DNA of 64,000 nt from an uncultured bacterium. GTDB taxonomy: Bacteria; Fidelibacterota; Marinisomatia; Marinisomatales; JAHJCW01. Of the stretch, positions 20,433 to 31,472 are shown piece by piece. The notes beneath the pieces were generated by a model. It searched no databases, was not told the DNA's origin, and saw only the letters and a program-made list of their open reading frames with translations. Both the position numbers and the translations under genes were made by a program. Position 1 is the first letter of the stretch; every line of letters begins with the position of its first letter. The DNA lies in NCBI GenBank assembly GCA_965369995.1, contig CBDURO010000005.1:4295-68294 (forward strand). Reading direction: 5' to 3'.

Positions 20433-22220
20433 ATGTTAAAAACCAGTAATGATACATCTATTAGACAATATATCACTTTAAATGTAATAGTTTTAATTGT
20501 ATTTAGTATTTTAATTGTAAAGTTTTTTCAATTACAAGTTATACGACATAATAAATACAAAGAAAAAGCCAATATCAATAGTATAAGAGTTGAAAGTCTA
20601 CATGCCCCAAGAGGCTCAATCCTTGATAGAAATGGAGAAATTATTGTTGATAACGCGCCTACCTATGTGTTAATTGCTTTACCGAATGTTATTGGTAATA
20701 TAGACAGCACGATTTCAATTATAAGCCAATTATTAAATTGTGATTCTACATTACTATCTGAAAATTATAAAAAATATTACTATGGATATTTCACACCGGT
20801 ACGTTTGATCAAGGATTTAACATTTGAGCAAATTTCTCGCTTAGAAGAGCATAAGCTCGATTTGCCGGGCATCGATTATAAACAAATTCAAGAGAGACAT
20901 TATGCGTCTAATATGAATGGATCGCATTTCCTTGGTTATGTAGTTGAAGTTGATAGAATCAATATTAAAAATATTTCCAATTCTGATGAATATAATTATG
21001 GAGATTTGATTGGATGGAGCGGATTAGAAAAATCATACGAAGGTTACCTACGAGATCAAAAAGGCGTTGAGTATAAAGCAGTAGACGCTTATGGTAGGTT
21101 TATCGGCGAAATAACAGATAGGAATAAAATATTACCTAAGCCAGGTAAAGATTTAGTAACTACCATAGATTCTAAACTTCAGAAGTATGTTGAAGATTTG
21201 ATGATTGGGAAACGCGGATGTGTTATAATTGGTGAGCCGGAAACCGGAGAAATATTTAGTTTTGTTAATTCACCAAGTTATTCGCCCGATTTATTTACCG
21301 GGGTTACTCTGTCTAATGAATGGAATCAAATATTGAATGATCCTGATAAACCATTATTAAATCGAATAACTCGTGGTTTATATCCTCCGGCGTCAACTTT
21401 TAAAATGATTGCATTAGCATACATATTGGAACACGAAGTTATCAGTCCAAATAAACAAATCTATTGTTCCGGTAAATATCGACTTGGAAATCGCATATTT
21501 AGATGTTGGAATGAAGCTGGTCATGGTTATGTTGATTTGGATAAAGCATTAATAGAATCTTGTGATGTGTATTTTTATAATGTTATACAAAATATACCTT
21601 TAGATGACTGGGCAGAATTATGCAGACAGTTTGGATTTGGGCAAAAAACAGGAATAGATTTGCCATCGGAAAGTTCCGGTAATGTGCCTGATGAGAAATA
21701 TTTTAATTTACGATATGGTGAAAGAGGGTGGACCCGAGGACTAAAATTGAATATTTCAATTGGTCAAGGTGAAATTTTAGTAACTCCAATACAATTATTA
21801 ACATACATAAATTTATTTTTTACAAATGGTAGTACAAAACAACCGCACTTTACAGAATCTTCCAGAGTAAAAAATGTAAAAATTGAAAATATATCGAAAA
21901 ACACATGGGATAGATTAAACAGTTTACTTTTTCGAATTGTCAACGATAAAAAAGGAACCGGTCAGTTAGCTAATCCACATATTGATGGTTTAAAGGTGGC
22001 GGGTAAAACCGGTACAGCAGAAAATCCACATGGTGAACCACACGCATTGTTTATCGGTTATGCGGTGAAAGACGATATAAAGCGTTCGTTTGTTATTTTG
22101 TTAGAAAATGTCGGACATGGCGGTGATGAAGCGGCTCCAATTGCACGTGAAATATTATCGTATATTTATGAAGATTTTAATATGGAGAATAACAATAAAA
22201 ATGTTATCAATGCGGAATAA
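20433..22220 (+). CDS. mrdA: Penicillin-binding protein 2
   Basis: 595 aa; APRGSILDRNG, GWSGLEKSYE, SxxK (ASTFK), SCD, KTGTAE. Confidence 0.96.
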   Translation: MLKTSNDTSIRQYITLNVIVLIVFSILIVKFFQLQVIRHNKYKEKANINSIRVESLHAPRGSILDRNGEIIVDNAPTYVLIALPNVIGNIDSTISIISQLLNCDSTLLSENYKKYYYGYFTPVRLIKDLTFEQISRLEEHKLDLPGIDYKQIQERHYASNMNGSHFLGYVVEVDRINIKNISNSDEYNYGDLIGWSGLEKSYEGYLRDQKGVEYKAVDAYGRFIGEITDRNKILPKPGKDLVTTIDSKLQKYVEDLMIGKRGCVIIGEPETGEIFSFVNSPSYSPDLFTGVTLSNEWNQILNDPDKPLLNRITRGLYPPASTFKMIALAYILEHEVISPNKQIYCSGKYRLGNRIFRCWNEAGHGYVDLDKALIESCDVYFYNVIQNIPLDDWAELCRQFGFGQKTGIDLPSESSGNVPDEKYFNLRYGERGWTRGLKLNISIGQGEILVTPIQLLTYINLFFTNGSTKQPHFTESSRVKNVKIENISKNTWDRLNSLLFRIVNDKKGTGQLANPHIDGLKVAGKTGTAENPHGEPHALFIGYAVKDDIKRSFVILLENVGHGGDEAAPIAREILSYIYEDFNMENNNKNVINAE

Positions 22221-23421
22221 AACTATAAAAGTATATATAATAATAATTCCGATTGTGTTTTTAATTATTATTAGCTTGATGGCACTATATAGTATTTCAC
22301 TTCATCAAAATATACAATTTTATTCATCTTCATTTTTTAAGCAATTAATATTCTTGATATTTGGAATTGTTGCAATGATTGTTATGCTCAATATTCCTAT
22401 TAAGCTATATCATAAGTATAGTATAATTATATATATATTAGCCATAATTGCAATCATTGTACCATTATTTATCAGTTCATCTATATCTGCAAATCGTTGG
22501 ATACAGGTTGGTTCGATTGGAGTTCAACCTTCGGAATATGCTAAATGGATTTCTATCATTTTTCTTGCAAGATATTTATCGGATAGAAATATAAAAATGG
22601 ATAATATGTTATCGTTTATAATACCTATATTGATTATTCTTTTACCCGCATTAATTGTATTTAGTCAACCCGACTTAGGTACTGCGATAATTATGATAGC
22701 GCCCATCTTGCCAATACTTTTTTGGGTCAAAGCCCGTCCTTATCATCTATTTATACTAATTGCACCAATTTTTAGCATATTGACAGCATTTCATAATATT
22801 TCCTTTACATTGTGGGGCATTGTATTATTGGCTATAATTTTATTATCGAAACCGAAAATTTGGCAAGGTATTACCGTATTTTTCGGAAATATATTTCTTG
22901 GACTTTTAGCACCGGTCTTCTGGAATATTCTCTATCCGTATCAACAAAAGCGAATACTAACTTTATTTAATCCTGAACTTGATCCATTGGGTGCGGCTTA
23001 TCAAATAATACAAAGTCAGACTGCCATCGGCTCGGGTGGATTATTTGGAAAAGGTTGGATGCTAGGAACGCAAACACAATTGAAATTTTTACCGGTTCAA
23101 GAAACTGATTTTATATTATCAGTGATCGGCGAGGAATTTGGTTTCGTTGCCATATTAGCAATTTTTTTATTGTATGCTTTTATTATTTACAAGATTATCC
23201 AATTTGCATATATTGTTAAAGATCGGTTTACGAGTATTATATTAATTGGTATTGCATCTATCTTATTAGCGCAAGTATTTGTTAATGCTGCTATGACAGT
23301 CGGATTAATTCCGGTAAAAGGCTTACCGTTGCCGTTTATATCGTATGGAGGGTCGTTTTTAGTATCTTCATTCATGATGATAGGAATAGTTCTTAATTTT
23401 GCATCGCATTGGTCCGATTAA
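22201..23421 (+). CDS. rodA: SEDS family peptidoglycan polymerase RodA
   Basis: RWI, QPSEYAK, QPDLGT, YQQKRI, YQIIQS, GSGG, TDFI, LPFISYGGS; start more likely 22201 or 22210 than 22108. Confidence 0.96.
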   Translation: MLSMRNKTIKVYIIIIPIVFLIIISLMALYSISLHQNIQFYSSSFFKQLIFLIFGIVAMIVMLNIPIKLYHKYSIIIYILAIIAIIVPLFISSSISANRWIQVGSIGVQPSEYAKWISIIFLARYLSDRNIKMDNMLSFIIPILIILLPALIVFSQPDLGTAIIMIAPILPILFWVKARPYHLFILIAPIFSILTAFHNISFTLWGIVLLAIILLSKPKIWQGITVFFGNIFLGLLAPVFWNILYPYQQKRILTLFNPELDPLGAAYQIIQSQTAIGSGGLFGKGWMLGTQTQLKFLPVQETDFILSVIGEEFGFVAILAIFLLYAFIIYKIIQFAYIVKDRFTSIILIGIASILLAQVFVNAAMTVGLIPVKGLPLPFISYGGSFLVSSFMMIGIVLNFASHWSD

Positions 23422-23561
23422 TGTAATATATTGTAGATGAATTAATAAAATTGTAAACTCGACCCTCTCATTTGATGTATTAATTTCCAATTTATGTTGT
23501 TGGGTATTGTGTATGAATATGTCATGTGAGAAATAACTATAAAAATTAAAAGATAAATTAT

Positions 23562-24389
23562 ATGTCAAAAAAATTATTCTATGTAACAACTGAAATGACA
23601 CCTTTCGCGAGTGTATCGCCCTTAGGCGATTTTTCAGTCAATATTCCGTTAAAACTGCAAGAAATGCATCATGATATCCGCACAATAGCTCCTAAATACG
23701 GTTTTATTAGTGAAAGGAAATATATCCTTCGTGAGGTAATTAGACTGCGAGACATACCTTTTGAATTTGATGGTGAAAGTATTAGCACTTCAGCTAAAAG
23801 CGCTTTTATACCAAAGACAAGAGTGCAAGTGTATTTTCTTGAACACACAGAGTGGTTTAAACCGTTATCGAATTTGCTTTATAAATCTAAAAATGGTCGT
23901 ATTTTAACCGATAATGATGTTCGTTCGGCATTTTTCAGTAATTCTGTTTTAGCAACATTACCTCATCTTTTTTGGAGTCCTGATGTAATACTTTGCAGTG
24001 GATGGCAATCAGCACTAATTCCTGCTTTATATAAGCAAAAATTTGAAGGTGGTGAGTTTTATAAAGATATTAAAACGGTGCAGTTAATACACTGGCTTGA
24101 TGAATATCCCAAATTTAGTCGTGATGCATATAAGAAAGCTGGAATTGAAATTCCAAAATCTTTAGATAAAAAAGTAATTAATGCTTATAGTATATCAGCA
24201 GAATACGCTGATGCAATTATTTTGCTTAATCAACCTGGTAATGATATGAGTAAAGAATTACTTAAAATTGATGGTGTAAAGAAAAATAAATCGAAAATTC
24301 ATATCATTAATATTGATTATACAGAATCTCCGGATTATTCAGAGGTAGCAACAAAGATTAACGAAGTTATTGAGAAACTTTCCGCTTAA
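23562..24389 (+). CDS. Glycogen/starch synthase N-terminal (GT5) domain-only protein
   Basis: 275 aa; EMTPF, DIRTIAPKYG, DNDVR..FFS, PDVILCSGWQSALIP; ends without a C-terminal GT-B domain. Confidence 0.8.
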   Translation: MSKKLFYVTTEMTPFASVSPLGDFSVNIPLKLQEMHHDIRTIAPKYGFISERKYILREVIRLRDIPFEFDGESISTSAKSAFIPKTRVQVYFLEHTEWFKPLSNLLYKSKNGRILTDNDVRSAFFSNSVLATLPHLFWSPDVILCSGWQSALIPALYKQKFEGGEFYKDIKTVQLIHWLDEYPKFSRDAYKKAGIEIPKSLDKKVINAYSISAEYADAIILLNQPGNDMSKELLKIDGVKKNKSKIHIINIDYTESPDYSEVATKINEVIEKLSA

Positions 24390-24416
24390 TAGCACGTAGT
24401 AACTTCAAATAATCTT

Positions 24417-25640
24417 ATGAATAACAATCGTCTAATTACTATAATAGTCATAATTATGTCTATTGTAATATTTTTCAGCTGTACCGAAAATCCAATTCCC
24501 TACAATTTATCAGACTCAAACCTAAACCTTGATACAATAACGGTAAGATCTATAGAAGGTGGTACATATTTAGCACCACCGTTAATGGGCAGTACAGATG
24601 GAATATATTTTGGTAGCGCTGATGGTTTTGATAATTTATTTTCCCTCGTTCAATTTTCTTCATTATCATTAAGCGGTATTGTACGAAACTATAGTTTACT
24701 TGATTCAACTGTTACCATTGATAGTTTGGTTTTCACTTTCACAGCAACAGATGATACCTTACTTACAAATGGTCAATTTGAATTATACTATTTCCCTGAA
24801 GGTGGAGATTCAGTCTTTAGTGAAACGGAGAGTCATTATTTAAATATTAACGAAACTGATGTGGTTAACGCAGTTTCGATTGGACACAGTATCTTTACTC
24901 AGGAAGTACCTGATTCTACTGAATCAATTTATCCAAAATTGTCTTTTACAATTGAAAATAAAGATGATGTTATTAGTTTTATAGCAGATACTACTGACAC
25001 TCAAAATAGGACATTTATGTTAAAGAACATTGATCCAATTGATGATATTGTATCAATTCGTAGTCGCGAAACAGCGGATTTCCCGATAATTAATGTATAC
25101 TACAGAGTTAGTGAGGATACATTGCATAGTGTCTTTTTTCCGTTGAAAGATATAACAATCGTAGAACCACGCGAAGTTACAGAGAGTGATATGAATAGTA
25201 TATCGGTTGGCAGAGCAACCGGACTAAAATCAATAATCCAATTTGATTTAAGTGAGATACCGATAGATTCAACAGTTATTATGGTCATTAAATCAGCAGA
25301 ATTGATTTTCAATTCAATTCCGGAAATATCATTAGATAATTTTGAAATCAAAGCCGCAATACTTGAAGATTCTGTTAATATTTCAAATTATTGGGAAATA
25401 GATGAAGACGAATATTCAATAGAATCGGATGTTCTGATGACCGGTATTTTTGAAGCCAATCAAATGAAAATGGAAATCAGATCATTTTTGCAGGGTGTGA
25501 ATACCCGTAGTTATAATAATTTTGGACTCAAATTATATGGTAGTTCTTCCAGTGATCCGTTTCAGTCTGCAAATTTAATATTTGATCAAAATAATTCAGA
25601 TAATAACCCATATCTTAAGATTGTATATGTCAAACTTTAA
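24417..25640 (+). CDS. Acidic lipoprotein, DUF4270-like
   Basis: 407 aa; lipobox IFFSC; very Asp/Glu/Ser-rich; C-terminal PYLKIVY; position after half-GlgA as in Bacteroidota. Confidence 0.55.
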   Translation: MNNNRLITIIVIIMSIVIFFSCTENPIPYNLSDSNLNLDTITVRSIEGGTYLAPPLMGSTDGIYFGSADGFDNLFSLVQFSSLSLSGIVRNYSLLDSTVTIDSLVFTFTATDDTLLTNGQFELYYFPEGGDSVFSETESHYLNINETDVVNAVSIGHSIFTQEVPDSTESIYPKLSFTIENKDDVISFIADTTDTQNRTFMLKNIDPIDDIVSIRSRETADFPIINVYYRVSEDTLHSVFFPLKDITIVEPREVTESDMNSISVGRATGLKSIIQFDLSEIPIDSTVIMVIKSAELIFNSIPEISLDNFEIKAAILEDSVNISNYWEIDEDEYSIESDVLMTGIFEANQMKMEIRSFLQGVNTRSYNNFGLKLYGSSSSDPFQSANLIFDQNNSDNNPYLKIVYVKL

Positions 25641-26898
25641 TAAAATTATTATTTTAGCGGTATTTCTGTGCTCAACTTTATTTAGTCAAAGTTTATTAAA
25701 TGGATACGGAATTGGAAAAAAAATAGATATATATGATGCAGCTTCATTGGGAATATCATCAACCGGATTATTACCTTCGTTTACAAAAGACGTTTCATTG
25801 CACAATCCATCAACTTGGAAAAATTTAAATTTTACTTATTTCACCGGGACTTATCAGGTTGAGCAAAAGATTGTTTTAAATGATATTATTAATGGTAATT
25901 CAAACCTTGGATATGCTCAGTTTATCATTCCGATTAAAAATAAATATGCTTTTGGCCTTGGAATTCATCCGTATTTTAATCAGTATTTAATATTAGATGG
26001 AAGCGATGAGAATGATTATATAGCTTTTGGCGATATATTAACAATTAATCATTCGTATAGCAGTTTTGGTGGAATTACAGCATTTAATATCTCATTTGCC
26101 GGCAATGTTTTAAATAATTTGAACGCCGGTGTTACCTTTGATTTTTTATATGGGTCAGCCCGTCAACAAACGATTTTTTCAATTGCTGATTTAGATTATT
26201 ATTCTCAGCAAAGACATGTTTACTCGGGCAGTTTGGCAAAATTTTATATAAATAGCGATATCTTATCTAAGTGGAATGTTCCGCTTAATTTATATTTTGG
26301 ATGGGGATTGCCTTTGAACGCAATTTCTGTTAAATCTTATTATTATAAACCATTTGAAGATTCCAACGATTCAGGCGAACAAGATAATTCTGATTTTCCG
26401 AAGCTATCAGATTCAACAGATCCATTGGTTTTAAACACAGAGAACGTATCTGCACCGTATGAATATCAATTTGGATTTGACTATGCCATACAAAAAGGAA
26501 TAAGCTTACTTGGTGAATATTCTAGATGGGAGGATAAGGAAAAAATAGGGGCAAATTATTCTGCCTTAAATGATCAAATAAAATCAATAGATCATTTTAA
26601 TATCGGAATTATAAAATTCACACCAAGAATACCTAAAAATTTCCTTGATAGAATGAACTTTAAAGCTGGTGCATACTCTGATAATATTAAACTATTGAAT
26701 TCTGAAAAAAATATAAAAGAGTATGGTGTTTCAATGGGACTTAGTTTTAACTTTGGCGTTACAAAAAATCAGATTGATTTTGCATATTCTATTGGCAAAA
26801 GAGAAGGATTATTTGAAATTGGTGATGAAAATATTCAAAAATTTAGTATTGGAATCACAGTAGGAGATATTTGGTTTGTAAAAAGGAGAGCTCAGTGA
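25627..26898 (+). CDS. Outer-membrane beta-barrel protein, FadL/PorV-superfamily-like
   Basis: Signal peptide from ATG 25627; NGYGIG..ASLG..HNPS N-terminal pattern; alternating strands; ends ITVGDIWFVKRRAQ. Confidence 0.65.
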   Translation: MSNFNKIIILAVFLCSTLFSQSLLNGYGIGKKIDIYDAASLGISSTGLLPSFTKDVSLHNPSTWKNLNFTYFTGTYQVEQKIVLNDIINGNSNLGYAQFIIPIKNKYAFGLGIHPYFNQYLILDGSDENDYIAFGDILTINHSYSSFGGITAFNISFAGNVLNNLNAGVTFDFLYGSARQQTIFSIADLDYYSQQRHVYSGSLAKFYINSDILSKWNVPLNLYFGWGLPLNAISVKSYYYKPFEDSNDSGEQDNSDFPKLSDSTDPLVLNTENVSAPYEYQFGFDYAIQKGISLLGEYSRWEDKEKIGANYSALNDQIKSIDHFNIGIIKFTPRIPKNFLDRMNFKAGAYSDNIKLLNSEKNIKEYGVSMGLSFNFGVTKNQIDFAYSIGKREGLFEIGDENIQKFSIGITVGDIWFVKRRAQ

Positions 26899-28178
26899 TG
26901 GACAAAAAAGGAGTATCATTTAAATTATTTTTAGTAGCATTATCAGCTTTAATTATTAGTATGTGTGTTCCACCAAGTGGTCCTTCCGCAGAAGATTTAG
27001 CTGAAAAAGCTAGAATTGATAGTGTTAGAAATGTTCGCTGTCCGCGATTAATGAGTAGTGCAGCAGAATATTACCACGCTCGCGATTGGGAATCAACCGT
27101 ACGTGTTTACAATGAAGTTGTTGATTTGGGTTGTGATGAATGGGATGCAACCTTTGCACCACCGGAGGAAATTTATCAATACTATGGTATTGCATATGAG
27201 CAAATGGGTAAATATGATAGCTCAGAATATGTTTTACTTAAAGGGGTAGAGAAAATTCCTAACAACATTGATCTTAGAGTACGTTTAGCCTATGCCTACA
27301 AACGACAGGGAAAGACTGATCAGGAGATCGTGGAATACGAGCGAATACTTGATGAACTTGATCCTAATAATATTAGAGTAATGACGGAATTAGCGTCACT
27401 TTATCGCAAAGAAGGCAGGTATGAAGAGCAAATCCGAGTTTTACAAAAATTAATAAAAATTGATCCAACCAATGAAGCGGCTATTGCTGATTTAACTACT
27501 GCCTTTGAAAGAACAGGGAAAGATCCACTCGAACTTTATTTAGACAAATATAATAATAATCCAACTGGTTCAAATGGTATTCAATTGGCGGATGCATATC
27601 TACAAAATGACCGCATTAATGAGGCTATTGATGTATTAAAAGCTGTGAGTAGAAAAGAGCCTAAGAATAAAGTTATTTTTAGTAAACTCGGTGACGCATA
27701 TATCTTAAATGAAGATTTTGCAAATGCATCTACATCTTTGGAATCAGTTTATGAACTCGATTCACGTGATTACCAAACTGCCATTAGAATTTGTGAAGTT
27801 AATTCTGAACTAGAGAATTTCGGCAAAGCTATCTATTGGGCAGATAAAGCAATAAGAGGATCAAAATCTTCCGGTGAAGCATTAGGCGCCAAAGGCGATG
27901 TATATTACAAAGCTTTCCATACTTGCCGTACTCCTGAAGTATCACACGATGACCGCATCGTTGCGCGTTTAGCATATAAATATTACAGTCAAGCTGAAAG
28001 TAAAGGATACCGGAATGTTTCCGGTTCTAAAAACTGGTTAAGAGATAATGAGGTATTATTTACAAAAAGTGATTGGTTCATGTTGGATGCAGGTCAAAAA
28101 GCTAAAGGTTACGCTACGGTAAAAACACCTTGTTACAATTGGGTAACTGAAAGACTATATAAAGATTCAAGCTGGTAA
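26898..28178 (+). CDS. TPR-repeat protein, probable lipoprotein
   Basis: ATG 26898 (TGATG overlap, AGGAG upstream); hydrophobic leader ending ISMC; repeated TPR-like helices ([40 protein letters not shown]). Confidence 0.8.
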   Translation: MDKKGVSFKLFLVALSALIISMCVPPSGPSAEDLAEKARIDSVRNVRCPRLMSSAAEYYHARDWESTVRVYNEVVDLGCDEWDATFAPPEEIYQYYGIAYEQMGKYDSSEYVLLKGVEKIPNNIDLRVRLAYAYKRQGKTDQEIVEYERILDELDPNNIRVMTELASLYRKEGRYEEQIRVLQKLIKIDPTNEAAIADLTTAFERTGKDPLELYLDKYNNNPTGSNGIQLADAYLQNDRINEAIDVLKAVSRKEPKNKVIFSKLGDAYILNEDFANASTSLESVYELDSRDYQTAIRICEVNSELENFGKAIYWADKAIRGSKSSGEALGAKGDVYYKAFHTCRTPEVSHDDRIVARLAYKYYSQAESKGYRNVSGSKNWLRDNEVLFTKSDWFMLDAGQKAKGYATVKTPCYNWVTERLYKDSSW

Positions 28179-28189
28179 TAGGAGGGGCC

Positions 28190-29488
28190 TTGTCGCATTT
28201 AAAACAAACAGATCCTGAACTATTTGAGATAATAGGTCGGGAAGAAAGCAGGGAGCACAATACTTTAGAATTAATAGCTTCCGAAAATTTTGTTAGTTAC
28301 TCAGTACTTGAAACAGCCGGTGGAGTAATGACCAATAAATATGCTGAAGGTTACCCCGGTAAAAGATATTATGGTGGATGTGAGCATGTGGATGAAGCCG
28401 AAGATTTAGCTCGTGATAGAGCTAAAATGCTATTCAACGCTGAATATGCTAACGTACAGCCGCATTCAGGATCTCAAGCAAATATGGCGGCATTAATGAC
28501 ATTCGTAAATGTCGGTGATACAATTATGGGCTTGGATCTTGCTCATGGCGGACATTTAACGCATGGAAGTCCGGTAAATTTTTCAGGTCGTTTATATAAT
28601 GTGATTTCCTATCAAGTTGATAAGGAAAACGGTCGAGTTGATTTTAATAATTTAATGAAATTAGCAAAGGAACATCGACCAAAATTGATTATATGTGGTG
28701 GGAGTGCCTATCCAAGATTCATTGAATTTGAGCAATTCCGACAAGTTGCCGATGAAGTTGGCGCATTTTTAATGGCTGATATTGCTCATCCTGCCGGTTT
28801 AGTTGCTACCGGAATTCATCCTTCTCCGATGCCCTATTGTGATGTTATTACAACTACAACACATAAGACATTGAGAGGTCCACGCGGAGGAATGATAATG
28901 ATGGGTAAAGATCCTGAGAATCCTTGGGGAAAAGTCGCTCCTAAGTCGGGAAGAGTGAAAAATATCTCAGAATTAATTGATTCTATGGTAATGCCGGGAA
29001 TTCAAGGTGGTCCGTTGATGCATATTATCGCTGCAAAAGCGGTAGCGTTTGGTGAAGCTCTAAAACCGGATTTTAAAGAATATACAAAGTCTATAGTTAA
29101 AAATGCCAAGACGATGGCTGAAAAGTTTATGTCACTTGATTATCATTTAATATCAGGTGGAACAGATACACATGTGATGTTAATTGACTTAACTAATAAG
29201 AATATTACAGGGAAAGCCGCTGAAAAAGCACTTGAAAAAGCAGGGATTACCGTTAATAAAAATATGGTACCATTTGACCAACGTAGCCCGTTTGTAACAA
29301 GTGGAATACGCATCGGTACACCGGCAATTACAACACGTGGAATGGGCATCGCCGAAATGCGAGAAATTATCAAATTAATTGATAGTGTGATCAATGATCA
29401 TGAAAATGAATTATTAATTGAAAATGTTAAAAACTCAGTTCAAGAATTATGTAGTAATTTCCCACTATACAATGAATTAAGAGATTGA
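28190..29488 (+). CDS. glyA: Serine hydroxymethyltransferase
   Basis: [40 protein letters not shown]-lysine motif [14 protein letters not shown]; TTG start with GGAGG RBS. Confidence 0.99.
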   Translation: MSHLKQTDPELFEIIGREESREHNTLELIASENFVSYSVLETAGGVMTNKYAEGYPGKRYYGGCEHVDEAEDLARDRAKMLFNAEYANVQPHSGSQANMAALMTFVNVGDTIMGLDLAHGGHLTHGSPVNFSGRLYNVISYQVDKENGRVDFNNLMKLAKEHRPKLIICGGSAYPRFIEFEQFRQVADEVGAFLMADIAHPAGLVATGIHPSPMPYCDVITTTTHKTLRGPRGGMIMMGKDPENPWGKVAPKSGRVKNISELIDSMVMPGIQGGPLMHIIAAKAVAFGEALKPDFKEYTKSIVKNAKTMAEKFMSLDYHLISGGTDTHVMLIDLTNKNITGKAAEKALEKAGITVNKNMVPFDQRSPFVTSGIRIGTPAITTRGMGIAEMREIIKLIDSVINDHENELLIENVKNSVQELCSNFPLYNELRD

Positions 29489-29521
29489 TTATTGTAAATA
29501 TGTTTCATAAAAAAAAAGACG

Positions 29522-30439
29522 ATGAATAGTCACATCAGAAAAATTATAAAAATGACCATTCTTTTTTTAATGGTCATTTTTATTATCGGTTGTTCACCGA
29601 AAAAGTTATTATTGAAACAATTTGACGGTGTTTTCGATTCGATTGAATATGTTTATTTAACTGATGATGACCCGCAATTAGTTAAAGAAGCATTTCCTTT
29701 CAATTTGAAGATAATTGAAATTCTTCTTAACCAAGATCCTGACAATCGTGAAATGCTTTTAACTGCATTATCAAGTTTTACGATGTATGCTTATGGATTT
29801 TTAATGGAAGATGCAGAAAAATTAAGTATAGACGATTACAAGGCTGGTAACGAAGTATATGACCGTGCTAACAAATTGTTCAAGCGCGCTATGCAATATG
29901 GGTTACATGGCATGGAATTAAAATATCCTGAGTTTACAATTTGGTTGGAGAAACGTGAAATTGAAAAGAATCCTTTTGTAGAGGAAGATATTACATATCT
30001 CTATTGGCTTTCGGCTGCTTTAGGTGGTTTAATTGCATCAAGTCATGGTAATCCTATTTATGTTGTTGATCTTCCAAAAGTTGGTTGGTTGTTAGAAAAA
30101 AGTATGGCAATTGATGAGTCATGGAACAATGGTGCGCTGTATAGTGCAATGATATCATTCACTATGAGCAGACCTGATGCAGTGGAAAATAGAGAACAAG
30201 TAGCTCGTGATTATTTTAATAAAGCTGTTCAAGCTTCTTCGGGAGAAGATTGTAGTGTATTTGTAAGATATGCAGAATCAGTTTGTATCAACAATCAGAA
30301 TAAAGATGAATTTATTGAAAACCTTAATTATGTTTTAAACTTTAATGTAGAAAGTGCTAAGGAATTACGATTAACAAATACTATGGCAAAATCGCGTGCG
30401 AAATGGTTAATGGGACGAATTGATGAATTATTTTACTAA
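29522..30439 (+). CDS. TRAP-T (TPAT) TatT component, TPR-like lipoprotein
   Basis: 305 aa; lipobox IIGC; DDDPQLVKEAFP, YAYGF, ALELDE-like SMAIDESWNNG, ARDYFNKA; directly upstream of dctP/dctQM. Confidence 0.85.
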   Translation: MNSHIRKIIKMTILFLMVIFIIGCSPKKLLLKQFDGVFDSIEYVYLTDDDPQLVKEAFPFNLKIIEILLNQDPDNREMLLTALSSFTMYAYGFLMEDAEKLSIDDYKAGNEVYDRANKLFKRAMQYGLHGMELKYPEFTIWLEKREIEKNPFVEEDITYLYWLSAALGGLIASSHGNPIYVVDLPKVGWLLEKSMAIDESWNNGALYSAMISFTMSRPDAVENREQVARDYFNKAVQASSGEDCSVFVRYAESVCINNQNKDEFIENLNYVLNFNVESAKELRLTNTMAKSRAKWLMGRIDELFY

Positions 30440-30452
30440 TCGGAGATGATGA

Positions 30453-31472
30453 ATGTATAAAAATGCTATAAAAATTATATTAATATTTGTGTTTGCAACT
30501 CAATTGATGGGAAAAAAAATAATAATTAAAATGGCAACTCTTGCTCCTGAAGGAACAGAATGGCACAGTATGCTTGTAGAAATGGGACAAAAGTGGAAAG
30601 AGGTAACTGATGGAACTGTTGAGCTGAGAATATATCCCGGGGGAGTTGTGGGTGATGAACGTGATATGATACGAAAAATTAGGATAGGACAAATTCATGC
30701 TGCAGCCGTCACTACTGAGGGGTTATCAGAACTTAATCAAGATATTTACGCGCTAATAATTCCGCTGCTTTTTGATGATTGGGATGATGTAGATTGGATA
30801 AGAGAGAGATTAGAAGATGATTTAATTGCAGGAATCGAAAAAAGCGGATTTAAACTACTCACCTGGACTGATATTGGTTGGGTACATTGGTTTACCAAAG
30901 ACCCTATGAAACTTCCTGAAGATTTAAAAGGTAGAAAGATATTCAATTGGGCAGGTGATTTTCGAACATTACAGCTGTGGAAAAGAGGAGGATTTAATGC
31001 TGTCCAATTAGCATCTATAGATATATTATCAGGTCTCCAAACCGGATTAATTAATGCTATCGGAACAAATCCGATGGTGGCCTTAGCTAGCCAATGGTTT
31101 GGAATTGCAAATCATATGTTAGATATGCGGTGGGGTTTATTAACCGGTGGTATTGTTATTGATAAAAGAATTTGGGAAAAAATTGATCCTAAATATCATG
31201 AAAAAATGTTAGAGATTATTGTAGAAATAGATAAAGAACAGAGAAAATCCGGAAGATACAAGGATGGGGAATCAATTGAAGTGATGAAACAATATGGTCT
31301 CAAGGTGCATGAATTAACAGAAGAAGATTTACAATATTGGAGAGAATATGTAGAAGAATGGTATCCGGACATACGTGGTTCTTATGTACCGGCTGATATA
31401 TTTGATAAAGTCGTTGCATTAAAAAAAGAAAAGGATTTGTTAGATTCGAAATCCAAAAATGACGGGAATTAA
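30453..31472 (+). CDS. dctP: TRAP substrate-binding protein, TatP(T)-like
   Basis: 339 aa; IKMATLAPEGTEW, YPGGVVGDE, RKIRIGQIHAA, PEDLKGRKI, LQTGLI. Confidence 0.92.
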   Translation: MYKNAIKIILIFVFATQLMGKKIIIKMATLAPEGTEWHSMLVEMGQKWKEVTDGTVELRIYPGGVVGDERDMIRKIRIGQIHAAAVTTEGLSELNQDIYALIIPLLFDDWDDVDWIRERLEDDLIAGIEKSGFKLLTWTDIGWVHWFTKDPMKLPEDLKGRKIFNWAGDFRTLQLWKRGGFNAVQLASIDILSGLQTGLINAIGTNPMVALASQWFGIANHMLDMRWGLLTGGIVIDKRIWEKIDPKYHEKMLEIIVEIDKEQRKSGRYKDGESIEVMKQYGLKVHELTEEDLQYWREYVEEWYPDIRGSYVPADIFDKVVALKKEKDLLDSKSKNDGN

